From: Sphyrna mokarran
Lineage: Eukaryota
Direction of reading: 5' to 3'
DNA length: 64,000 nucleotides
NCBI GenBank assembly: GCA_024679065.1
Contig: JAGIQG010000005.1
Coordinates: 100,750,001 to 100,814,000 of the forward strand
The notes under the pieces were generated by a model, which was given only the letters and a program-made list of their open reading frames with translations, was not told the origin of the DNA and did no database searches. Position 1 is the stretch's first letter, and each line of letters starts with the position of its first letter. This document shows positions 51,083 through 62,258 of the stretch, one piece after another. The position numbers and the translations under genes are program-made.

Positions 51083-51358
51083 GGTGGCATAGTGGTGAGT
51101 ATTGCTACCTCGCACACCACTGGGTCAGTGTCTGTATGGAGTTTGCACATTCCTCCTGTGTCTGTATGGGTTAACTCCAGGTACTCCGGTTTCCTCCCAC
51201 AGTCAGAAAGATGTGCTGACTAGGTGCATTGGCCATGTCAAATTCTCCCTCCATGTACCCCAAAAGTTACTGGAGTGTGGCAACTAGGGGATTTTCACAG
51301 TAACTTAATTGCAGTGTTGATGTAAGCATACTTGTGACACTAATAAATAAACTAAACT
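51083..51358 (+). mobile_element. HE1-like V-SINE, tail type B
   Basis: ggtggcatagtggtgagtattgct head; V domain; tail ttttcacagtaactt..cttgtgacactaataaataaact. Confidence 0.9.
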
Positions 51359-51619
51359 TGTTGTTTATTGAAGCTCACACAAGCCTTTTGTTTCTTCACC
51401 AAAGATAATCTGATTTAAAAACACCAACAATAAAAAGTGTGTGTGCAGAGCTCCCCCTATAGCTTTTGTAGATAAATATGTTGTCCATTATGGAGCTAAG
51501 TCTAATGATTAGGAAGGGACCAAGTGAAATGCGTGAATTATTGTGCCAAGTTAGGTTACCTTCAACACGGCAGATGTAGTACCCAAGTTGCCAAGGATGG
51601 GAACCAATCAAACAATCAT

Positions 51620-52094
51620 TAGAAGATTTAAGAGGATATTGCCAGGACTAATGAGCCTGAGTTATAGGGAGCAATTGGTCAGGCTCGAACTTTATTCCTT
51701 GGAACACAGAAGAATGAAAAGTAACCTTAAGGTGTAAAACATCTTGAATGGCATAGAAAGGATAAACACATTATCCTTTGAAAAAAGACAGAGGAATTGA
51801 AAACCAAAGGGCTTTGGTTTTAGGTGAGAGGAGAAAGATTTAAATGGGACCTGAAGGGCAACTTCTTCATGTAGAGGGTGGTGCCAATATGGAGTGAGCT
51901 GCCAGTGAAAGTAGTTGAGGCAGGTTCAATAGCAATATTTAAAAAGAATTCAGATAAGTACATGGACGGGAAAGGATTAGAGGGATATGGGCCAAAACAC
52001 AGGTGTGGGGGATTAGTTGGGAGAGTAGTATGATCAGCATGAACCAGTTGGGCTGAAGGGCCTGTTTCCTTGCTATATTGCACTATGATTCTAT
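51620..52094 (+). mobile_element. CR1-like LINE 3' end
   Basis: aaggGcaacttcttcatgtagagggtggtg..gagctgcca..ggctgaagggcctgtttcc..ctatgattctat. Confidence 0.9.
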
Positions 52095-52168
52095 CCAGTT
52101 AATGCTATTTATGCAATTCTTTGACATGAGCTTGGGTCTTGTGGTGGCTGTTAAAACAGCCTTAGTGT

Positions 52169-52390
52169 TCATAGAATCTGTAATGTGCAGAAGGAGACCA
52201 CTTAGCCCATTGAGTCTGCAGTGACTCACCAAAAGGGCCTCTACCCAGGCCCACTCCCCAACACCTTATCTCCATAACACTATACATTTACTTTAGCTAA
52301 TCATCTTATCATTACCTCTTTGGGATACGGGAGGAAGCTGGAGCATTTGGAGGAGATCCATACAGATACGGGGAGAATGTACAAACTCCT
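52169..52390 (-). mobile_element. HE1-like V-SINE, 5'-truncated
   Basis: catagaatc..tgcagaaggagacca tail; gggagaatgtacaaactcc. Confidence 0.8.
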
Positions 52391-53064
52391 CTCATGTTTC
52401 AGTTAAAATTTATATAGCAAGGATGGGAAATAGGCCAGTCAAAAACATTTACAAATAACTAAGAAGAAACAACAGTTTTGTAAAAGATAGAGTAAAGAAA
52501 AGAAAGTAAATACTGAGAATTCATGAGTGGAATTTAAACCTATATGGAGAATCAAGGTCAAAATATTGCAAGGAAATAGGAACAATTAAAGTTAACTGCA
52601 TCCTAAGCAAGCTTTCTGATTATGCAAATCATCTAACTGCAATATAATGTGTCTTTCTCCATGAGTAATGTCATATTTTAACTTTGTGGTGAGGATGCAA
52701 TATTTTGTTATTAAATTTGCAGTACCACAATGATACAATTACCATATTAAAAACCTCAACCTATTTGCAGGGAGAATCTTCAAAGATATATTTGGAGCTA
52801 CATAGATTAGAATACAAAAAACACACTTTTATAGCTATAAGTTGCACAGCAAATAAAGGTAATGAAGACAAGAGGAAAATAAAGGACATTAGGACAAATA
52901 TTCACTGTTTGGCAGGCAGCAAGAAAGTTATAGTACATCCTGATAATGGGAAACAAACAGCCAGGACACAAATAAGGATGCCCTTCTAATCTTAATGACA
53001 GGACTTCATTTAAATAAATCTATGCAGAAACCAACTGAATAACAGGTTGGTGGGCGGGTTTGAA

Positions 53065-53610
53065 ATTCCACTGGCAGGATACCTCTGAGGTGAAGAAGTC
53101 TCTGGGCAGAATCAGGTGAATGGAGGAAAGAATCAAGATCAAGAGGAAAGGAAGACCGAGAAGGTATTGTTTCTGGGGAAAATCGAGAGGGGATGGGGAA
53201 ATGTTTTGGAAGTCTCGAGGTAAGTGAGGGAAGGCAAGTAGATGGGATTGGAGTTGGGAGGGGTGTACATTGGAAAAAATTGGAGGGAGGTAACATCTCT
53301 GCAAGTAGTGGGTGGGATGTGGGGGGATGTTTCTGGGCAGGATTAGGATTGAGGTGAAAGGTCTCTGGGCAGAATTGGGGGTTGGAGGATGTTGCTGATC
53401 AGGATCAGGTTGGGGAGCATGTCTCTGGGGAGGATCAAGGTTGGAGCGGAATGTCTCTGGCCCAGATTGGGGTTGGGGATATTGCTGGGCAGGATGAGGG
53501 CTGGGTGAAAAGTCACCAGATAGCATCAGGCGTACAGGGATGTCTCTGGACAGGATTGGAGTTGGGAGGACGAAAGGTCTCTGGACAGGATCAGTGGGGT
53601 TGGAGTTTTG
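53065..53610 (+). repeat. Degenerate G-rich minisatellite (~30-35 bp unit)
   Basis: Recurring tgtctctgggcaggat..ggggttgg; explains the Pro/Gln-rich spurious ORF 53020..53526. Confidence 0.75.
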
Positions 53611-54299
53611 ATGGCAGAATCAAAGGGTCAGAATCCATCAAATGTCCTTATCCAAAGAAAATCCAAAATAAAACTTATAAATTCACCTTCTGGACATCTC
53701 GGGTTTCGACGCGTTTTGTTTGACAGGGCTACCACATTGCACACCCACATGTAGCCTGAATCCTGCAGCCATATCTGCATATCTAAAGTAAAATCCAAAA
53801 TACATTACTGATGTCCTACTCACCAACTCCAAAAGCAGGTTAATTGGAAGATACAGTGGGATCCAAGGCATGGGCTTGCTTTCTATGAGCTGCATTACTC
53901 TACCTGCTTGCTTTCCCTCAGGCAAAGAAGCTAAAATCAGCACCATTTTTAGCCTCACCTGAACAGCATTCAAAAACTGACTCATATACCCACGTTTTGC
54001 TTTTCATTTTCCCAGTACTTTCAAAATCAAATTCCATTGATACAGACTTAAACAAATTAGCAGTGTCTTTAGCTTTGGCAGTAGAATACTTGTGTAGTAA
54101 TAAATATTTTGATTTATTACCAGTGATAACTCATTCCCAATTGTCTTGAGTACACTGCTGCCTCTGATCTGAAGTCTGCTGTCATTTCCTTTCACTAAAT
54201 CAATTGGATTTGGTTTGAAAGTCAAACATATGAGAGAATAAGTGGCGATGGTTGGCTAGCTATAGATTAAAAATCTTCATGGAGAGGCAAGATAACGGT

Positions 54300-54552
54300 T
54301 GGGATGAGAGTCTTTACAGGTAATCAAGTCTTAACATTACAGTCTCCACTCACATTGTCTGTACCTTTAAGACTGATTACCTGTAAAGACTCACATTCCA
54401 ATTATTAGCTTGTAAATTACGTTTGTGTCTTTCTATGCCCTGTTTGTAAACACAAGTCCTCACTCACCTAAAGGAGGAGTGTGTGGCTCCAAAAGCTAGT
54501 GCTGCCAAATAAACCTGTTGGATTTTAACCTAATGTTGAGAGACTTCTTATT
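54300..54552 (+). mobile_element. Penelope-like pLTR fragment (family 1) with short 5' inversion
   Basis: Arms 54308-54334 and 54367-54392; cactcacctaaaggaggag..gctccaaaagctagtgctgccaaataaacctgttgga. Confidence 0.8.
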
Positions 54553-55452
54553 AATCTCCTCATATGACAGACGTGCTTTCCCAAGAATCAGTCTGGTAAA
54601 TCTTTGCTGCACTCCCTCTGTAGCAAGGACATCCTTTCTCAGATAAAGACATCAAAACGGCACACAATACTCCAGGTTTGGCCTCACCAACGCCCTGTAC
54701 AATTGCAATAAAACATTCCACTTCCTATACTCAAATCCCCTTACTATGAAAGCCAACATACCATTGTTTATTGCCTGTTGTACCTACGCGCTTACTTTCA
54801 GCAACTGATGGATGAGACACCAAGATCTTACTAAGTATCCACCCTCCTCAATTCATACCTATTCAAATAATAATCTGCCTTCCTATTTTTGCTATTGAAA
54901 TGGATAAACTCACATTTATCCACATTATACTACATATGCCCACTTTCTCAGCTTGCTCAAATAATGCCAAAGCATCTCTACATCCTCCTCACAGCTCATT
55001 CTCCCACCCATCTGCAAATTTGGAGATAATACATTTAGTTCCACCTTCTAAATCATTAATATATAATGTGAACATTTGGCATTCTAGCACAGATCCTTGT
55101 AGAACCCCATTAGGCCCCGCCTATCAATCAGAAAAATACCCATTTATGCCAACTCGTACCTGCTAATTAGCTTTGTATCTATCTCAATAGATTACCCATT
55201 ATCCCACAGCTTTAATTTTACATAACAGGCTGCTATGCGAGACCTTGTCAAAAGCCTTCTGAAAGTCCAAATAAACCACATCTACTGTCTTTCTTTGGTC
55301 AACTCTACTAGTTACATCCTCAAAGAACTCCAGTAGATTCATCAAGCGTGAATCTAATTTGTAAATCCCATAATCCTTATGTAAATCCATGTTGACTTTG
55401 TCTGATTTTATCATTGCTTTCCAAATGCTGAGCTATGAAATCATTGACAATA

Positions 55453-57020
55453 GAAGCATAAAACATAGAAAATAAGAACAGGAGAGAGCCATGTGAAGAG
55501 TAACGTAAGGAATCCTTAGAAAGACGTAGACTTAGAGGAGATCTGATAGTGGTGTACAAGATTTTGAAGGGGATTGATAGAGTAAACAGGGTTAAGCTTT
55601 TTCCTAGGATGGACTCAAATAGCACGAGGGGTCATGGGCTTAGGGTGAGGGGGGTAAGGTAATAATTTGGATGCTAGAGGGAGTTTTTTCACACAGAGGG
55701 TGGTGGGGGTATGGAATGCGCTGCCAAGTAAAGTGGTGGAGGCAGGTACTCTGGAGTTATTTAAGAAATACTTAGATGGGCACATGAACAGAATGGGAAT
55801 GGAGGGGTATAGAAAACTGATTTAAAATAGGGATCATGAGCCTTGGGAGTCCCTGGGAAGTGTGTAAATAGATGATGATATTGATGTACTTGTTTTTATC
55901 CTACATGTGCTTTGGTCCACCTTGTTGTCTAACAAGGGGCATACACACGATGGGTAGTGAGAGGGCTGCTCTTGGATCTTTTGAGAGTATCCTACTGCTT
56001 CACGTTGTTAGTGTATGCTTGACCTGGACCATCTGATGGGCAACACAACAGCTCAGTGACTATCGCTGTGCAGATACATGGATTTGGGCCAGTGTCTGTG
56101 GGAGTTTGCGCATTCTCCCCGTGCTTGCGTGGGTTTTCTCCGGGAGCTCCGGTTTCCTCCCACATCCCAAAGATGTGCTCTTAGGCTAATTGGCAAAACA
56201 AATTCTCCCTAAATTGTCTCAAATTTGGTTTTTAATCCATAGATCTATAAACATGGACAGGGATCGCGGGTAGAGATGGGAACATTGGGGTGGCAGTGTG
56301 GGCTCGTTGGGCCTGTTTCCTGTGCTGTTTTGTTCTTTGTAACTTTAAGCCTGTTCACCATTCATTACGATCATGGTTGATTGTCCAACTCAATAGACTA
56401 ATCCTGCTTTCTCCTCATTATCTTTGGTCCAATTTACCCAAGTGCTACGTCTAGCCATCTCCTGAATGTATTCAATGTTTTGGTTTCAACCAAGTCCTGT
56501 GGTAATGAATTCCACAGGCTCACCACTCTTTGGGTGAAGAAGTGTCTCCTCATCTCCACCCTAAATGGTATCTCCCGAATCTTCAAATTATGACCCCTGG
56601 TTCTGGACTCCCCCACCATTGGGAATATTCTCCCTGCATCTACCCTGTCTAGTTTTGTTGGAATTTGATAAGTCTCTTTGAGATCCCCCCTCATTCATCT
56701 GAACTCCAGAAATTACATGGAGATACCATTATAGTGTACAACAACAATAGCAAGAGAAAAAAATAAAAGAAAAAAAACAACTTACCAATCATCAGCCAAT
56801 CACTTAGCTGTGACGGCATGGTTCAACTTCCTCTATTTCTCACTTGCTCTCGAGTCTCCCTCACAGGTCTGCTTGCTGCTCCCCCTGAGGATGAACACCC
56901 CTTTCCTCTCAATACCCAAATTCTCACTCAGCTCCAAATTCCCATTACCCTCACTCTGACTGAAATCTCAATCTGGCTGTTGTCTCTGCTCCACTAGTGT
57001 GCGCAGGCTCACTGGTCTTC
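55453..57020 (-). mobile_element. Internally deleted CR1-like element (3' ORF2 end and tail joined to a putative 5' UTR)
   Basis: Tail catagaaaataagaacagga (55465); ORF 56434..56694 MRGDLKETY..FFTQRVVSLWNSLP; 56740-57020 is non-coding 5'-UTR-like sequence; imperfect aataga/aacaga flanking duplication. Confidence 0.65.
55500..56340 (+). mobile_element. Second copy (5'-truncated) of the V-SINE-containing CR1 family
   Basis: Collinear with 47005-47843, including the unique UTR atagggatcatgagccttgggag and the V domain. Confidence 0.93.
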
Positions 57021-58184
57021 GTAACAGACTCCAGTACTGACAAGTCTATAGTTCCCTATTTTCTCTCTACCTCCTTTAGCTTTCTCCCCATCTGTAGGAA
57101 CTAGTCCAGAGACCAAAGAATTTTGGAAATCGATCACCTATTTACTATTTCTGGATCTACTATTTCCAGGGCCACTTCCTTGCATACTTTGGGATGAAGA
57201 TTGCCCTGGAGATTTATTCATCTTCAGTTCCATTTATTTCCCAAAACCATTTCTCTAGTAATGCTGATTTTCTTCTGGTCCTCACTAAAACTTGTGTTTC
57301 AGAATTTCTGGTATATTCTCTTTTGCTGAATTTTAAACTGCTCCCAATCTTCAGGTCTATTGCCTTTTCTTGCTAATTTGTATGGTTCTTCTTTGAATTT
57401 AAATACTATCTCTAATTTCCCTTGTAAGCCATGGTTTGGCCACTGTTTCTTTATCACCCTTGTGCCAAACAGGAATAAACAACTTCTGGGGTTCATCTAT
57501 TTATTCCTTAAATGCCTGCCATTGCCTGTCCACTGTTCTTCCTTTCAGGAATGTTTCTCAGTCCATCATAGACAATTCACATCTCATATCACCATATTAA
57601 TCTTTATTGAGATTCAGGTTACTCAGAATCAACTATGTCATTATCTACCTTGACAAAGAATTTTTTTTCATATTATGGCCACTCATCCCCCATCTTTCAC
57701 AATTAGATTGGTAACTAATTCTTTCTCATTGCATGATGCCCAGTCCAGGTAGTCGTTCCCTTGTTAGTTTCTCAACATATTGGTCCAGAAAGTCATCCCA
57801 CATATGTTCCAGAAAGTCTTCCTCTATTGTACTATGACTAATTTCACTTTCCTAATCTATATGCAGATTAAAGCACAGATGCTCTTTTAATATATGCATT
57901 TCTGATTTCCTGTCCAATGCTATTCCTACATTACCACTACAGTTTGGGTCTGTAAATCACCCCCGCAAAAACTTTTTTGCCCTTTGGTGTTTCTGAATTC
58001 AACCCATACAGATTCCACATCGTCTATGCTAATATCTTTCCTTAGTAGAGTGTCCATACACAGATACCAATTGTAGCAATCACTCCTTAAAATCTGCTTG
58101 CAAGTCTAATGAGCTAAAGGAGAACTGATTGTTGTGGAATGAAAGCATCTTGACAGCTTCTTGAAAATTGGCACACATCTGTAA

Positions 58185-58360
58185 TGTGGACCCGCACGCC
58201 TGGATCCCTCTGTATGTTAATGTTTCTCAGAGTTCCACCATTTATAGTATAATTCACACCTAAATTTCATCCTCCAAAATACATCACCTCATGTGTCTGG
58301 ATTAAACTCTGTCTGCCATCTCTGTGCCAAAGTCTCCAATTACCTATGTCCTATTGTATG
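58185..58360 (-). mobile_element. CR1 fragment
   Basis: gtggacccgcacgcctggatccctctg..tccaaaatacatcacctc, similar to 14445-14620. Confidence 0.75.
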
Positions 58361-58494
58361 GAAATGTTTTTAACTAGGTCTGAGAGAGCACAGGAATGAA
58401 CAATACTGCAAAGTGCTGAAGCCGCTATCTGCCCATAAAAAGGGACTGCATCAATAGTGAATATCATATCACATGCTCTTCATGGTCATTTTAC

Positions 58495-58710
58495 AGAATT
58501 ATAGAAACATACAGCACAGATGATTATTATTCAAGCCCTCCATGCCTGTTTTGGTTCTTTGAAAGAGTAGTCATATTTTCATATCCCTGTTTAGCATTTG
58601 TAGCTATGTAAGTTACTCATTCTCAAACATCTGCTCAAGACTTAAAGTATTTCTAGAATCAATTTCCAGCACATTTTTAGTTAGAGAATTCCAGCTGCCA
58701 ACTTCTCATT
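58495..58710 (-). mobile_element. Old CR1 3' tail
   Basis: agaattatagaaacatacagcacaga..ttcaagccc. Confidence 0.5.
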
Positions 58711-61402
58711 ATTCTTCACTTCAATGGCACATCTTGAGCTCAGCAGTGATGTAGATGTGACTGACAAGAATGTGAAGCTATGAGGTTCAGAAATCTACAC
58801 AAACAATGAGCACTGCTTGGCTACTTGTACAGGCAATACAATTTTTACTGATGGAAGGAAAAGATACAAAATATAAATAACAGCAAAAAAAAAGGAGCCA
58901 GAGAGCATCTTTACCTCTAAAATGCAACTGTTTTGACAAGTTTCACACCAACTACTTTTATGATGCAGCTGACATATTGTAATCTGTGTGAGAATACTTT
59001 TTCTAGTTGTCCCAACAATGCAAATTGCAGCAATGTTTTGCACCTGCCCATTACATAGCATTCAAATAACTTGGGGAATTGTCAGATAATACTTCCCAAA
59101 TATACTTCAAGCTTTGTGCTAGGTCTAACCCTTGACAAATCACTGTCCTACAAACTGGTATTCAGGGTTCTAACATTCATTCACACATTTTAAGCTCTTT
59201 CATGACCTTTTATTCCCCCTACAGCAATACTTACATTGATATGAGGAATCACAGTCAGGTGTTTTCTTTATTTCAATCCCATTACCATTATCTTGATTAA
59301 TGGATAATGGAGATATAGACACAAGGCATTTGGCACATCTTGTGTGTGTTAGCCTGTGGCTAGAGCAATTCAAATCTAAATGCAATATACTGCTGATTCC
59401 CCACAGTCCTGTAGCTTCCACTATTTATTTATTCTTCTCTGAAAATATGAAACCATCCCTGCCTCAACTACGTCCCATGACAAATATGACAAACCCTAGC
59501 CACTATTTGCATATTTGCAATTTGAATTATCTCCTAATCTCTCTATTCACATTCATGGTGCCAATTTAAATTAATTATCACGTGTCATTAACTTCCAAAA
59601 CACAGGATAATGCTTCTTCTAGTCACCCAATAAAATCCTTCATTGTTTTCAGCAGACGCCCTACTTTAATGAAAATGGTATCAGTATTTCAATGGGTTTC
59701 CCAATGGAATTTAAAATGTCTGGGATGCTCAGAAGTTGGCTAATAAAGTGATACCAAGCAAGTCAGGCTAGTTTATATCCAGCCATGAAATACTTGCATC
59801 TGTAACTAATTTGGGATTCACAGCAATTCTTCCAAATTCATGTTCATTCCACACATGCCATTTGAAGTAGTGAAACTTTAAGAGTAGTGCTGCATTACTG
59901 CACAATGGTGAATTAATCTGCAGTGTCCACTTTCAGCGTTCACCACCATTGAAACTAAATGCCAAATCACACATGGTGAGGAGTGATAGGAAAGTCTTTA
60001 AAATTGAAATGATTTTTGAGTTTTTTTTAATTCTCACACAGGATGTGGACAATGATGACTAGGCCAGCATTTGTTGCCGGTCCTTAATTGCCCTCGAGAA
60101 GGTAGTTGTGAGTTGCCTTCTTGCACATTTTCAGTCCACGTGACGTGGACACACCTGCTGTTAGGGCAATCCAGGATTTAGACCCAGTGACAGTGAAGGA
60201 ACGGCAATATAGTTTGACCTATGAATTGCTATGTGACTTGAAGGAGAACTTCCAGGTAGGAGTGTTCACATGCATCTGGTGCCCTTGTCATTCTTGGTGG
60301 TAGAAGTCACAGGCTTGGAAGGTACTGTTGAAGAAGCCTTGGTGAGTTGTTATAGTGTATCTTGTACATGTTGTCACTGTGCTTTAGTGGACTTCTAATC
60401 AAGTGAGCTGCTTTGTCTTGGATAATACCAAGCTTCTTAGTGTTGTGAAGCTGCTCTCATCTAGATAGTGGAGACTATTCTATCATACTTCTGACTTGTG
60501 CTTTATTGGTGGACTGGTTTTAGAGAGTCAAGAAATAAGTTACTTGATGGATAATTTCCTGTCTTGGATGTGGTCTGGTACAAAGTATTTATTTGGCTAA
60601 TTCAGTTAAGTTTCAGGTCAACAGTAACACCAGGATTTCATATTGGGAGATTCAGTGATGGTAATGCCACTGTACATTAAAGGGAGATGATTAGATTTGC
60701 TCTTGAAGCTTATCATTGCCTGGCAATTATGTGGTGCAAGTATTACTTGCCACTTTCCAGCCCAAGTATGAATGCTTGCCAGATCTTGCTGCGTAGAACC
60801 ATGGTCTGCTCTGCTTTGGTGATTGTTCCTATGAAGGCAACACGGCAGAGTAAGAGTCACCTGGCTTGGGTGACCAATCAGGATTCAGAATGGGAATGCG
60901 AGAAGGAGGAGTTCTCTTTGGCAGTGACATTCCATAACTATTTGCAGACATACTACAACTTTTGTAGATCCTTATAAGTAGAACTTCACTGTTCACTGAT
61001 GAAGTCTCTGAAAGATCATCATAATACTCAGTGATGAGGATGAATTATCCTGACACTGCCCCTGGTCCAACATATGTGAATATCCCATTTTAAGCAGAGT
61101 CTGAGAAAAAGAAAAATATACTCACCAGAATGCCTCTCTTTGGGTGAACAGACTTATTTGAAATATTGCCAGATCCTGAGTAATGTTGCATCAGAAACAC
61201 AGACAGTTGCAAGATGGATGAGAAATAGAGAGAACACAACAAGTTCCTGGGTCAGAATCCACGAGAAGGGGAAGCAAAATACAAAACACTTACATTGTAG
61301 ATTAGCTGGAGATCAGGGAGGCTCAGTGCATCAATGAAACTGAAAAAAATAGGTGCAGAAAAAAACCTGTAAAATTGCCCAGCAGAGACACTGGTTTTAA
61401 AG

Positions 61403-61645
61403 GGTGGTATGATAGTACAGTGGTGACCAAGTTTGATCCCTGGCTTGAGTCACTGTCTTTACAGAGTTTGCACATTCTCCCTGCGTTTTCCTCCCACAGT
61501 CTGAAAGACATGCTGATGAGGTACATTGGCTATGCTAAATTCTCCCTCAGTGTATCCAAACGTACGCTGAAGTGTGGTGAATAGGGGATTTTCACAGTAA
61601 CTTCATTGCAGTATTAATGTAAGCCTACTTGTGACACTAATAAAA
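61403..61645 (+). mobile_element. HE1-like V-SINE, tail type B, inside the Gypsy relic
   Basis: gagtttgcacattctccctgcg; tail cttcattgcagtattaatgtaagcctacttgtgacactaataaa. Confidence 0.88.
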
Positions 61646-61989
61646 TGTACTTTTAAAAAAAACTTACCGAATAAAAACAAAAGAATATGGTTGTCTAGAG
61701 CTGGCAGCTAGAAGAACTATGGCTTCAAATTTAGAAAGAAGGCAAAAAATTGCTGCAGTTAAAAATGTTCAAAAGTTTAAAAATGGGTTGGCCCTTAAAA
61801 ACAGTGCTGCAGCTTTAAGAGTAAACAAAAAACAAAAGAAACAGACTCAATACACCATTGGTACAATTGTTGCAAAATACACCTGCAAAGGGAAGCTAAC
61901 TATATCCTAGCAAGTACAGTTTTTATGGTGGAAATAAATTAGATTATTATACAGTCATATAGTGACAATATCATTAAAAATGTAATACA

Positions 61990-62258
61990 TGGTAGAACAG
62001 CAGTTAGCACTGCTGCCTCACAGCGCCAGGAACCCGGGTTCGATTCCTGCCTTGAGTCACTGTCTGATTGAGTTTGCATGCTCTTCCCACGTCTGCATGG
62101 GTTTTCTCCAGGTGCTCCAGTTTTCTCTCTCATTTTGAAAGATGTGTTAGTTTGGTGCATTGATCCAAAAAGGTGCTGGAGCATGGCGACTCGGGGAATT
62201 TTGCAACTTCATTATAATATTAATATAAGCCTCACTTGAGACAAATAAATAAATAAAC
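61990..62258 (+). mobile_element. HE1-like V-SINE, tail type B, inside the Gypsy relic
   Basis: gttagcactgctgcctcacagcgccaggaacccgggttcgattcc head (intact B box); V domain. Confidence 0.9.

Larger units (their letters stand above)
54553..58045 (-). mobile_element. CR1-like LINE (outer element; pieces 54553-55452 and 57021-58045) split by nested insertions
   Basis: ORF 55199..55414 NLLEFFEDVTSRVD..VDVVYLDFQKAFDKV; continues after 57020 with gactccag..ctatagttccc and KLARKGNRPEDWEQFKIQQK. Confidence 0.88.

Noticed and set aside
51555-51611. Ig-like motif LGYYICRVE followed by a donor-like gtaacc on the minus strand
   Set aside because: Lacks the Asp of DxGxYxC, has no upstream acceptor and runs straight into a CR1 fragment
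53020-53723. 168-aa Pro/Gln-rich and 113-aa Gly-rich ORFs
   Set aside because: Translations of the G-rich minisatellite
61126-61175. Minus-strand 50-nt exon-like unit with strong donor CTG/gtgagtat
   Set aside because: Lies antisense to the gag-like start (MPLFG) of the Gypsy relic; more simply TE sequence
62000-62050. tRNA gene-like A/B boxes (gggttcgattcc)
   Set aside because: Head of a V-SINE; no cloverleaf or CCA-side acceptor stem
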